Below the pieces are notes generated by a model that ran no database searches, was not told the origin of the DNA, and was given only the letters and a program-made list of their open reading frames with translations. The position numbers and the translations under genes are program-made. A DNA stretch of 64,000 nt from Acidobacteriota bacterium (lineage in GTDB: Bacteria; Acidobacteriota; UBA890), in contig OZ244217.1 of NCBI GenBank assembly GCA_965216935.1, positions 601,827 through 665,826 on the forward strand. Direction: 5' to 3'. This document shows, piece by piece, positions 47,189 through 56,013 of this stretch (its first letter is position 1; each line of letters opens with the position of its first letter).

Positions 47189-48199
47189 ATGTTCCGCGAC
47201 CTGGTACGAATTCGGGTCCAGGCGGGTGATGGCGGTCGTGGCTGCGTCGCCTTCCGGCGCGAGAAGTACGTACCCCATGGAGGTCCCAGCGGGGGCGACG
47301 GCGGTGACGGCGGCGATGTCTACCTGGTCGCTTCGAGCGGCTATGCCCAGCTCGGTCATCTCCGCGACGGTCAGATTTTCAAGGCGACACGCGGACGTCA
47401 CGGCGAGGGCAGCAACCGGCATGGGCGGACCGGAGACGATCGCGAGGTTCCCGTGCCCACCGGCACCGTCGTGCGCGACAACGCGACCGGAGAGCAGCTC
47501 GGCGACCTGGAGATCGACGGCGAGCGGCTGCTCGTCGCTCGCGGTGGCAAGGGAGGGCGAGGAAACACGCGCTTCAAGTCGTCGACCAACCGCGCTCCAC
47601 GACGCGCGGACCCCGGCCTTCCGGGGGAGCGCAGAGAGCTGGATCTCGAGCTCAAGCTCATCGCCGACATTGGACTCGTCGGGCGTCCCAACGCCGGCAA
47701 GACGACCCTGCTGCGACGCCTCACCGGGTCACAGGGAAAGGTCGCCGCGTATCCGTTCACCACGTTGGAGCCGAACCTGGGAATCCTCGAGCTTCCAGGG
47801 TATCGGCGAGCCGTTCTGGCGGACGTTCCGGGCCTCATCGAGGGGGCCCATCGGGGCGAGGGATTGGGCCTCAACTTCCTCCGCCACGTCGAGCGGACCG
47901 GGGCGATCGCGGTGCTCGTGGACACGGTTCCTCCCGACGGCGACGTCGTCGAGCACTACGAGATGTTGTGTAGCGAGCTGGGGCAATACAACGCAGTACT
48001 GTTGGAGAGGCCGCGTCTGGTGGTGGCGACGAAGACGGATTTGTCGCCCGGTCCCGACGTGGTCGAGAAGCTTCGCCGCGCTGCGGAAGCGAACGGCGCG
48101 GCATTCTGTGCGTTGTCGTCGGTCAGCGGTGATGGTCTGGACGACTTCGTCGGCTGGGTTGCAGAGCACCTGGCCGACACCGACGACGACGGATCGTAG
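47189..48199 (+). CDS. obg: GTPase Obg/CgtA
   Basis: Obg fold N-domain (GDGGRGCVAFRREKYVPHGGPSGGDGGDGGDV) plus G-domain (GRPNAGKTTLL). Confidence 0.95.
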   Translation: MFRDLVRIRVQAGDGGRGCVAFRREKYVPHGGPSGGDGGDGGDVYLVASSGYAQLGHLRDGQIFKATRGRHGEGSNRHGRTGDDREVPVPTGTVVRDNATGEQLGDLEIDGERLLVARGGKGGRGNTRFKSSTNRAPRRADPGLPGERRELDLELKLIADIGLVGRPNAGKTTLLRRLTGSQGKVAAYPFTTLEPNLGILELPGYRRAVLADVPGLIEGAHRGEGLGLNFLRHVERTGAIAVLVDTVPPDGDVVEHYEMLCSELGQYNAVLLERPRLVVATKTDLSPGPDVVEKLRRAAEANGAAFCALSSVSGDGLDDFVGWVAEHLADTDDDGS

Positions 48200-48210
48200 C
48201 GGCCTCGGCG

Positions 48211-48315
48211 CTCGATGCGGACAATTGGCAATGAATCGTAAAGGGATCGGGGCTCGACGCGGACAAATGCCCGATCGTAAAGGGATCGGTGGTCGACGCG
48301 GATCATCGGTGGCGT
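48211..48315. repeat. About 2.5 tandem copies of a 40-bp unit containing a CCGATC-N7-GATCGG hairpin
   Basis: ctcgatgcggacaattggcaatgaatcgtaaagggatcgggg / ctcgacgcggacaaatgcccgatcgtaaagggatcggtgg / tcgacgcggatcatcggtggcg, between obg and nadD. Confidence 0.8.
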
Positions 48316-48337
48316 ATCGCAACGGAGAAGAACCGAC

Positions 48338-49030
48338 ATGGCGTTGAAGAGGGTGGGCGTTTTCGGGGGGACCTTCGATCCCCCGCACCTGGGGCATCTG
48401 ATTCTGGCGGAAGAGATCCGCGAGACCTTCGGACTGTCCGAGGTGCACTTCATGCCCTGCAACGAGCCGCCGCACAAGGATCGCGCCGATCTCACCGACG
48501 CGAAGCACCGTTTTGCCATGGTGGTCGCGGCAACCCTCCACAATCCGTCGTTCGTCGCCTCGCCCATCGAGGTGAATCGGCCCGGGAAGAGCTTCAGCAT
48601 CGACACGGTGCGGGAGCTTCAGCAGGGCATGGGCGACGATACCGAGATCGTCTTCGTTACCGGCCTCGACGCCTTCCTCGAGATCGAGACGTGGGAGGAA
48701 TACGAGCAGTTCCTCGACCTCTGCCACGTTGTCGTCGTCAGCCGCCCGGGCCACGGCTTCGAGGACGTCGGCAAGCTGCCCGACTGGATCGGCGAGCGGG
48801 TGGTCGACCTGCGGGGATCGGAGGCTCCGGCGGTAGAGCAGTATCCCGAGGGCTCGCGCGCGGTTTTCCTGTCCGACGCGGTGCACATCGATATTTCGTC
48901 CACCGACATCCGCGAGCGCATCGCCGCGGGGTCGAGCGTCCGCTACAAGATCCCCTCCGAGGTGGAGCGATACCTCCGTGCCCACGGGCTGTACCGCGAG
49001 GCCGAGGTCCCGCAGAAGGTGGCCTCGTGA
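48338..49030 (+). CDS. nadD: Nicotinate-nucleotide adenylyltransferase
   Basis: VGVFGGTFDPPHLGHL motif. Confidence 0.93.
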   Translation: MALKRVGVFGGTFDPPHLGHLILAEEIRETFGLSEVHFMPCNEPPHKDRADLTDAKHRFAMVVAATLHNPSFVASPIEVNRPGKSFSIDTVRELQQGMGDDTEIVFVTGLDAFLEIETWEEYEQFLDLCHVVVVSRPGHGFEDVGKLPDWIGERVVDLRGSEAPAVEQYPEGSRAVFLSDAVHIDISSTDIRERIAAGSSVRYKIPSEVERYLRAHGLYREAEVPQKVAS

Positions 49031-49482
49031 GCGCTTCTCCGGGCGCATCGAAGCCCGACCGCGTTGCGCTTCCCGAAGCGGTCAAGCTTGTCGCCGACGC
49101 GACCGAGGACCTCAAGGCGGAAGATCTTCTGGTCCTCGACCTGCGGGAGGTGGCGAGCTTTACCGACTACCTGCTGATTTGCACCGGCGGCAGCGATCGC
49201 CACGTTCAAGCCATCGTCGACGGCATCCGCACGAAGCTGCGCGACAGCGACGTGACGCCGCTGCACACGGAGGGATATGACCAGGCGGCCTGGGTCCTGA
49301 TCGATTTCGTCGACTTCCTGGTGAACGTGTTCACCGCCGAAGCGCGCGAGTTCTACCAGCTGGACCGTGTCTGGCGGGACGCGCCGGTCCTTCTGGGCGA
49401 CCGCCCGGAAGGTTCGGTGGAGCCGGAGCAGCTCGACCAGGAGGGTCCGGTGGAACCGGCGGCCGACGCCGGCGATGGCTGA
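49027..49482 (+). CDS. rsfS: Ribosomal silencing factor RsfS (Iojap)
   Basis: LKAEDLLVLDLREVASFTDYLLICTGGSDRHVQAI. GTG start overlaps the nadD stop (GTGA). Confidence 0.88.
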   Translation: MSASPGASKPDRVALPEAVKLVADATEDLKAEDLLVLDLREVASFTDYLLICTGGSDRHVQAIVDGIRTKLRDSDVTPLHTEGYDQAAWVLIDFVDFLVNVFTAEAREFYQLDRVWRDAPVLLGDRPEGSVEPEQLDQEGPVEPAADAGDG

Positions 49483-49966
49483 TCCATCGACGCACATCGT
49501 GCTCTGCTGGCCGGGAAAAACGTCCGCGGCGTACGCTCGAGCCGGCATCGACGAATACCTGACCCGTATCAACCGGTTTCGGCGCTGCGAGTGCGTCACG
49601 GTCTCCGAGGAGCCGTCCACCAAGCACTACAGCGACGCCCACCGGCAGGAGAGGCAGTCGGAAGCAATCCTCAAGCGGCTGCGGGCCTATGAACCGCTGT
49701 TTCTCGTGGCGCTGGATCCGGCCGGAACGCCGATGGATTCAGTGAAATTCGCAGAATTGCTCCAACGACAGTGTTACGATAATTCCCGGACTCTGGCTTT
49801 CGTGGTCGGAGGCCCCGACGGGCTGGCGAAAGGCGTCCGCGACCGGGCCGACTTGCTACTCGGGCTGTCCCGCATGACCCTTCCCCACGACATGGCCCGT
49901 CTGTTTTTGACAGAGCAGATCTATCGCGCCTTCACGATCATCCACAATCTGCCCTACAGCCGTTAG
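49475..49966 (+). CDS. rlmH: 23S rRNA (pseudouridine1915-N3)-methyltransferase RlmH (SPOUT)
   Basis: LVALDPAGTPMDSVKFAELL...LAFVVGGPDGL...LSRMTLPHDMARLFLTEQIYRAF. Overlaps the rsfS end by 8 nt. Confidence 0.9.
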   Translation: MADPSTHIVLCWPGKTSAAYARAGIDEYLTRINRFRRCECVTVSEEPSTKHYSDAHRQERQSEAILKRLRAYEPLFLVALDPAGTPMDSVKFAELLQRQCYDNSRTLAFVVGGPDGLAKGVRDRADLLLGLSRMTLPHDMARLFLTEQIYRAFTIIHNLPYSR

Positions 49967-50020
49967 CAGAACTCCGATGAATGGTCCTTCGCGGGCCCGA
50001 GAATCAGGTTTCGAGTTTCC

Positions 50021-50374
50021 ATGAGAGCAACGGAAAAGAAGAAGCTGCGCGAGCAACTCGAACAGAAGCGCCGTGAGGCGAACGAAGCGTATCGACGGTC
50101 GCAGACGGTCAATCGCGAGGCGACCGCCGAGCCCCTGCAAGACCTCGCCGACCAGGCATCCGAAGGCTATCGGAAGGAATTCCTCTATAGCTTGAGCGAC
50201 AGCGAACGGGACACCCTGCTGAAGGTCGAGGAAGCGCTCCAGCGCATGGAAGATGGTTCCTATGAGGAATGCAGCTCGTGTGGTGAGAAGATCCCGCTGC
50301 CTCGCCTGAAGGCGATCCCCTGGGCGTCGCTGTGCATCGAGTGCCAGGAGCGACAGGAAGCGGGCGGAAACTAG
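50021..50374 (+). CDS. DksA/TraR-family C4 zinc-finger protein
   Basis: C-terminal CSSCGEKIPLPRLKAIPWASLCIECQ, coiled-coil N-terminus. Confidence 0.85.
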   Translation: MRATEKKKLREQLEQKRREANEAYRRSQTVNREATAEPLQDLADQASEGYRKEFLYSLSDSERDTLLKVEEALQRMEDGSYEECSSCGEKIPLPRLKAIPWASLCIECQERQEAGGN

Positions 50375-50398
50375 GTAAGCGGACAGGCAGGACTCGAG

Positions 50399-51775
50399 AT
50401 GTCATTGCGAAGCTTGGTCGGGCTGCTCACCGTTTTCGCTGGTGTGTCGATCGGCATCTGGACGGCGACGCTCAACACCGAGCTGGTGACCCTACGTCTC
50501 CCCGGCTTTCCACCCCGCGAGTTCCAAAGTTCGCTTTGGGTTGTCAATCTTCTCGCCGTGCTCGTCGGCGTCCTGGGGACGCTCCTTTACACCGTGGTGC
50601 TGTCCTCGAAGGCCGCCTTCGTTCGTTGGCGACGCATGCGCAGCGACCTGAAGGTCGCCGAGGACACCGAGCTGATCCAGTCCGGCCTGGCGGCCGCCGT
50701 GCGTGGTGAGCACGAGGTGGCGCTGGAGCGATTCGAGCGGGTCCTGCAGCACGATCCGGAGCGCCTCGGCGCCTGGGTTCAGGGCGGCAACACGGCGCGG
50801 GCCGCGGGTAATCTGGAGAAGGCCGTCGACATGCACATGCGCGCGCGTGGCCTGTCGCCGGACAATCCCGGTGTACACGACGCCCTGTCACGGGATTTCG
50901 AGGCCCTGGGCGAATACGCTCGCGCCGTCGGCCACCTCGAGCAGCGTCTCGCGGCCGAACCGAAAGGTGATGCCGAGCTCTACGCCCGGTTGCGGGAGCT
51001 TCTGGCGCGGCAGGGGCGCTGGGACGAGGCACTCGAGGCGCAGGACAAGCACACCAAGCTCCTGCGTGACCCGAATCAGCGTGAAGATGCTGCCTCGATC
51101 GCGCGCGGGCTGCGGGTGGAGAAGGCGAGGTCGCTGATCGAACAGGGAACCAAAGAGGCGCGGCAGAAAGCGCGGCAGATTCTCGGCGCCGTCCGCAAGG
51201 AGGCGCCCGATTTCGTGCCCGTCTACCTCGTTCAGGGGCGGGCCCGAAAGGCCGACGGCGATGCCGAGGGCGCCGTCGAGGCCTGGACCGAGGGCGTCAA
51301 GCAAACCCACGATCTCGAGCTCCTCAACGAGTTGGTGACCCACTACTTCGGCGCCGGGGATCCGGAAATGGCGATCCGCGCCTTTCGCCAGGCCGCAGAG
51401 ACGATCGGCGGGGCTGACGGCCGCGCCGCGCGGCTGGGCCTGGCGTTGCTGTACTCACGGCTCGAGATGATCGAGGAGGCTCGGCAGGAGCTCGAGCAGC
51501 TCGAAGACGAGGTCGAGTTCTCGCCGACGGTCACCTACCACCTGGCCAAGCTGACCGCTCGGCAGGGCGACAGCCAGGCGGCCGCCGAGCGTTTTCGCCA
51601 GGTGATCCAGTCCTCCGGCATTCTCGAGCCCGGGTACGTTTGCCGTAACTGCGAAACGGTGCACGACAGTTACACGATGCGCTGTTCGTCCTGCGGAATG
51701 TGGGGCACCGTCGCTCTGGACACCAGCAACGAGCTGCGACCCTTGGAGCGGGCCATCAAGGCGCCCCGGGTGTGA
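50399..51775 (+). CDS. LapB (YciM)-like TPR protein with an N-terminal two-TM LapA-like segment and a C-terminal rubredoxin-type zinc ribbon
   Basis: Two N-terminal TM helices, TPR repeats, C-terminal CRNCETVHDSYTMRCSSCGMWG. Confidence 0.6.
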   Translation: MSLRSLVGLLTVFAGVSIGIWTATLNTELVTLRLPGFPPREFQSSLWVVNLLAVLVGVLGTLLYTVVLSSKAAFVRWRRMRSDLKVAEDTELIQSGLAAAVRGEHEVALERFERVLQHDPERLGAWVQGGNTARAAGNLEKAVDMHMRARGLSPDNPGVHDALSRDFEALGEYARAVGHLEQRLAAEPKGDAELYARLRELLARQGRWDEALEAQDKHTKLLRDPNQREDAASIARGLRVEKARSLIEQGTKEARQKARQILGAVRKEAPDFVPVYLVQGRARKADGDAEGAVEAWTEGVKQTHDLELLNELVTHYFGAGDPEMAIRAFRQAAETIGGADGRAARLGLALLYSRLEMIEEARQELEQLEDEVEFSPTVTYHLAKLTARQGDSQAAAERFRQVIQSSGILEPGYVCRNCETVHDSYTMRCSSCGMWGTVALDTSNELRPLERAIKAPRV

Positions 51776-51825
51776 GCCCGCCTCAGACCTGAAAGTCGTT
51801 CGCCGGCGCCGTCTCATTCGTATGT

Positions 51826-52503
51826 GTGCCCGAGCTGTGTCGTGTCGTCGGTGCCGTCGCCGACCTGGTGTTTCCCGCTCTTTGCCGGGCGTGCGCCCAG
51901 CCGGTCGGCGACGCCGGCTGGGCGCCGCTTCTGTGCGACGCGTGCGGCGAGGAATTCCCCGTCCTCGACCGGGGAGTGGACGCGACCGCACCGATCCGTA
52001 CGGCGCACGCCTACGCGGCCTTCGCCGGCCCGGCCCGGCGCCTGCTGATCGATCTCAAGTACGACGGCGTCATCCGCGCCGGATCGGCGCTGGGGGAACG
52101 TATGGCGGCGGCGCCCGGCGCTCGCCGTTTGTTACGTCGATCGGAGGTCGTCGTCCCGGTGCCGCTGCACTGGCGTCGTCGTTGGAGACGCGGGCACAAC
52201 CAGGCGGCGGTTCTGGCGGCGTCACTCTGCCGCGCGGCGCCCGACCTCGCAGTGGTCCACGCCCTGCGTCGCAGGCGCTGCACCCGCCCGCAAGTGGGGC
52301 TTTCCCGCGAGCGGCGGAGGCACAACATCCGCGGCGCCTTCATTGCGGCACCGCGCGGAGCGGCAGCGATCGAGGGCCGCCGTGTTCTCCTGGTAGACGA
52401 TGTGCTCACCACCGGGGCGACGGCTGCCGCCGCGGCGGATGCGCTGATCAATGCGGGCGCACGGGAGGTCGCCGCGTACGCGGCGGCCTGGTCTCGCAGT
52501 TGA
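51826..52503 (+). CDS. ComF/GntX-family phosphoribosyltransferase-domain protein
   Basis: N-terminal Cys pairs (CRAC...CDAC), C-terminal PRPP motif VLLVDDVLTTGATA. Confidence 0.75.
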   Translation: MPELCRVVGAVADLVFPALCRACAQPVGDAGWAPLLCDACGEEFPVLDRGVDATAPIRTAHAYAAFAGPARRLLIDLKYDGVIRAGSALGERMAAAPGARRLLRRSEVVVPVPLHWRRRWRRGHNQAAVLAASLCRAAPDLAVVHALRRRRCTRPQVGLSRERRRHNIRGAFIAAPRGAAAIEGRRVLLVDDVLTTGATAAAAADALINAGAREVAAYAAAWSRS

Positions 52504-52557
52504 GTAGCCCCGACACCATCGTCCCGTCCGGCAGCCCAGCAACGGGGACGCTGCCCG

Positions 52558-53619
52558 TCAGGAGCCGGCCGGCCGCCAGTGGAATCCCGCGTCGGCCGGT
52601 TCCGGGGCCAACGGGCTGGTGGGCAGGTCGTCGCTCAGCTCGGGACGGTTGTACGCCAGCGGTGCAATATCGTTGGGCCCGTCGGGGTGGAACATACTGG
52701 CGAGATACTGCGCCTGCTCTCGCCCGACCCCAACCTCGAACTGGCCGCCACCGTACATCTGAATCCCCTCGCCGCGGCAAAACTCGTAGGCGCGAAACAG
52801 CTCGGAGATGAAGCCGAACCGCGACGGCTTGATATTGACGCAGTGCGGCTTCGTCTCGAGGGTACAGATATCGGCGACGGAATGGATGTTGGCGTCCCAG
52901 GTCAATCGATGCGAGTGGTCGGCCAGCGCCTCGCGCGTCGCGGCGTCGAGGAAGGGATCCTCGATCCAGGCCGACGGCAACGCCTCGGCAACCATTAGGT
53001 AGCGCTCGGGATCGGCGGCCGGCCCGGTGAAGTCGCCGTGGTAAAGACCCTTCAGATCGACCGTGTCGACGACGTCCATGGACGCCAGCTCGGTCACCAG
53101 CTCGGTCGTCCAATCGGCCGCGTAGTCGAGCTTGAATCGCATGTCCGGGTAGAGCGCGAGCCGATCACGCAGGGGCTTCGTCGAAACCGGCTCTCCCAGC
53201 CCGGTCGAGATGACGAACGTGAGGGGTCGGGCTTCCATCCCGAGGGCGTCGGCCAGGGAAAGGCCCGCCTGTCGCAACGCCAGGTCGAGCGCCGCGCTCT
53301 CGAAACCCCAGCGCCTGTACAGCGAGTAGTCGGGGCGCGAAGGCGGCGCGGAGAACAGCTCGACCTCGTCCAGGCGGCGCGAGAACTCGTCGAGCGTGTA
53401 CGTGCCGGTAAGGTCGAGCTCGAGATCTTGCTGCAGGCGACGATGGTCCTCGTCGTTCCAGATCACGTCCTCGCCGCAACCCTCGCACCCGGCGCCCCGC
53501 AGACGGATCAGCGTCGTTTGCCGTACCCAGCCGCTGGGGACGGTTTGTTGTAGCGGCTCGAGCGCGTGCCCGTCGATTCGCAGGGGTAGGTCCGCGACCT
53601 TGGCGTAGAGCGAGCTCAC
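52558..53619 (-). CDS. Enolase-superfamily (MR/MLE-like) protein
   Basis: N-terminal capping-domain pattern (IRLRGAGCEGCGEDV). Barrel motifs RFKLD, IEDPF and VNIKPSRFG. GTG 53619 is preceded by AAGGA, 8 nt after the upstream stop. The track ORF to 53763 overlaps the crotonase gene and is probably an artefact. Confidence 0.45.
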   Translation of the reverse strand: MSSLYAKVADLPLRIDGHALEPLQQTVPSGWVRQTTLIRLRGAGCEGCGEDVIWNDEDHRRLQQDLELDLTGTYTLDEFSRRLDEVELFSAPPSRPDYSLYRRWGFESAALDLALRQAGLSLADALGMEARPLTFVISTGLGEPVSTKPLRDRLALYPDMRFKLDYAADWTTELVTELASMDVVDTVDLKGLYHGDFTGPAADPERYLMVAEALPSAWIEDPFLDAATREALADHSHRLTWDANIHSVADICTLETKPHCVNIKPSRFGFISELFRAYEFCRGEGIQMYGGGQFEVGVGREQAQYLASMFHPDGPNDIAPLAYNRPELSDDLPTSPLAPEPADAGFHWRPAGS

Positions 53620-53626
53620 GACGAGG

Positions 53627-54382
53627 TCAGTCCTTGCCCTGCAGGCGCTCGATGGTCGCCCGGCGCGACGCCGTGGCGGCTTCGGAGAACCAGATATCGA
53701 CGAAGCGCCGGTCGAGCGGCTCTCGAAGCTCCTTGATGGCGTCGACGATCGGCGCGATGACACCGGCTTTCACCGCCGCGAAAGCGTCCAGCTCACCGCC
53801 CTGCTGGCGGGCCAGGGCGCACGATTGTTCGACGCACGTCTCGGCGTCTTCCGTCAGCATGTCGAGGATGCCGACCTGCTGCGCCGTTTCGGGCTCCATC
53901 AGGACGCCGCTCATGACCACGGTGCGGAAGGTCTGCGGCGTCAGGGCGCCGCGCGGGATCTCGTTCGCCACCGCCGGAAGCGGCAGGCCGTGCGACAGCT
54001 CGTTCATGCCGATCTTGAACTCACCCTCGACCCCGACGCGGTAGTCGCACGCCAGCGCCAGCACGCAGCCGCCGGCGACCGCATGGCCGTTGACGGCCGC
54101 GACCAGGGGGTAGGGCGTCGTCAGGACCTGGATCATGGTGCGCGAGAAGCGCGTCAGAAACTCCTCGAGCTCCCCCTCGCTGAGGGTGTCGAGGGTGACC
54201 AGGTCGAGGCCGGCCGAGAAGATCTTGCCGTCTCCGGTCAGCACTGTCGGTTGCGGCGCGCCCTCGGTAAGCGCCGCCGCCAGGGCGTCGAGCATGTCGC
54301 GATTCATGGCGTTCGCGCGGCCGCATTGCATGCGCACGACGCGCACGCCGTCACACTGTTCGACGACGATTCCTTCGGGCAT
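53627..54382 (-). CDS. Enoyl-CoA hydratase/isomerase (crotonase) family protein
   Basis: AVNGHAVAGGCVLALACDYRV oxyanion-hole region. Confidence 0.85.
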   Translation of the reverse strand: MPEGIVVEQCDGVRVVRMQCGRANAMNRDMLDALAAALTEGAPQPTVLTGDGKIFSAGLDLVTLDTLSEGELEEFLTRFSRTMIQVLTTPYPLVAAVNGHAVAGGCVLALACDYRVGVEGEFKIGMNELSHGLPLPAVANEIPRGALTPQTFRTVVMSGVLMEPETAQQVGILDMLTEDAETCVEQSCALARQQGGELDAFAAVKAGVIAPIVDAIKELREPLDRRFVDIWFSEAATASRRATIERLQGKD

Positions 54383-54395
54383 TAATCTCCCCTCT

Positions 54396-54743
54396 CTACC
54401 CGGGCGGCCAGGTCAGGCTGCGCCCGCCGAGCAAGTGCATGTGGAGGTGGAACACGGTCTGTCCACCGGCGCTGTTGCAGTTGACCACCAGGCGATAGCC
54501 GTCCGCGGCGAAGCCACGCTCGGCCGCCAGCTTCGACGCCGTGGTCGCGAGCTTGCCGAAGACCGCCTCGTGCCGGTCGTCCAGATCGTTGAGTGTGGCG
54601 ATGTGCCGACGCGGAATGATGACGACGTGATGCGGCGCCTGCGGGTTGATGTCCTCGAAAGCGACGACGTCCTCGTCGTGGTGGACGATGTTGGCGGGGA
54701 TGTCCCCGGCGGCGATCTTGCAGAAAAGACAGTCTTCCGACAT
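54396..54743 (-). CDS. HIT-family (histidine triad) hydrolase
   Basis: CLFCKIAAGDIPA...HLHMHLLGG. Confidence 0.9.
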   Translation of the reverse strand: MSEDCLFCKIAAGDIPANIVHHDEDVVAFEDINPQAPHHVVIIPRRHIATLNDLDDRHEAVFGKLATTASKLAAERGFAADGYRLVVNCNSAGGQTVFHLHMHLLGGRSLTWPPG

Positions 54744-54987
54744 GAATCCTCCCGGGTGCCGGCTTCGGGGCGCGACGCGACCCTCCCGGTCACGGTACAA
54801 GGAGGTTCGCGTGCGGCGCAAACACCGGGGTCACCGGGCCGGCGAGATACGCCTGTCGATCTTGTTCGAGATCGACGCCAGAGGCCTGCTGCGCGCTTAC
54901 TAGTTGCACACTGCAACCAAATAGCGGATACTCCCGCGAACGGGAGGCGGCAGAGGCGGACGACGGGCGCTCGACCGGCGGCGATGG

Positions 54988-55464
54988 TTGGCGTGGACTG
55001 GGCGTGCGCTAGGAGGGACGAAGACGGTGGAGCAGATTGGCTTCTCGATCGACGGTATCGACGATCCGGCGGAGATATCTCCGCTGTTGCGGGCCAGCGG
55101 TTTGGACCCGTGGAGGCCGGAAGACGGGGCGGCGGAGGTCCTCGTCGCTCGTCGCGATGACGGCCGCATCGTCGGCTGCGCCGTACTGATGTTCCTCGGA
55201 GATGTCGGGCTTCTGCGCTCCGTCGCGGTCGCCGAAGACGAGCGCCGCAGCGGCGTCGGCGCCGCGATCGTGCGCCGGTTGCTCGGCCGGCCGGCGGTGC
55301 GGCAGCTCGAGGCGGTCTACCTCCTGACCACGACAGCCCCCGGGTTCTTCGAGCGCCTCGGTTTTCGAGCGGTCGAACGCGATCTCGTCTCGCCGGTCGT
55401 CCAGGAGACGTCCCAGTATCGGACCGAGTGTCCTGCCTCCGCCGTGGTAATGCGCCGACCCTGA
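54988..55464 (+). CDS. GNAT-family N-acetyltransferase
   Basis: Acetyl-CoA motif RRSGVGAAIVRRLL. The start may be a downstream GTG. Confidence 0.7.
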   Translation: MAWTGRALGGTKTVEQIGFSIDGIDDPAEISPLLRASGLDPWRPEDGAAEVLVARRDDGRIVGCAVLMFLGDVGLLRSVAVAEDERRSGVGAAIVRRLLGRPAVRQLEAVYLLTTTAPGFFERLGFRAVERDLVSPVVQETSQYRTECPASAVVMRRP

Positions 55465-55489
55465 GGGGCTGTCGAGCGCGCCCGGCTGC

Positions 55490-55963
55490 CTACGGAGCGT
55501 CCAGTGTCGAGGATGCCCCGTCGGTCAGGTCACGTAGAAGCTCGGCCATGGTGCGTAGCGTCTGCTCGTCGACGTGCGCGATCAGCGGAGCCTGCCGGGC
55601 GATGAGCCCGTCGCGGACTCGCTCGTGCAGCGCCCTCCCTTTGGCGGTCGCTCCGAGCCATGACGCCCGCTTGTCGGTCGCATGCGGGGTGCGGGCGATG
55701 TTGCCGCTCGCTTCGAGCGACGACGCCACCCGGCTGGCCGTGCTCTTGTCGAGGCGCAGCGCCGCCGCCAGCTCCTTCACCGTCGTCGGCCCGCCGCGCA
55801 CGATGTGTTCCAGCGCGTAGCACGCCGTCACCGAGAGACCGCAGCGAAGCGGCTGCTCGCGGTCCCGAAACTGATAGGCGCGCAACAGGTCCTGCAGCGC
55901 GTCGAAGAAGATCTCCGCTGCAGGGACAGAGGCCTGTTCTTCCGAGCGCGCCGAGCGGGTCAT
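55490..55963 (-). CDS. MarR-family transcriptional regulator
   Basis: wHTH pattern LSVTACYALEHIVRGGPTTVKELAAALRLDKSTASRVASSLEASGNIAR. The track ORF extends artefactually into murA. Confidence 0.8.
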   Translation of the reverse strand: MTRSARSEEQASVPAAEIFFDALQDLLRAYQFRDREQPLRCGLSVTACYALEHIVRGGPTTVKELAAALRLDKSTASRVASSLEASGNIARTPHATDKRASWLGATAKGRALHERVRDGLIARQAPLIAHVDEQTLRTMAELLRDLTDGASSTLDAP

Positions 55964-56013
55964 GAGATGATGGTGAATAGATGCAGCATGCAACCAACCA
56001 TACCGCGGGCGCT

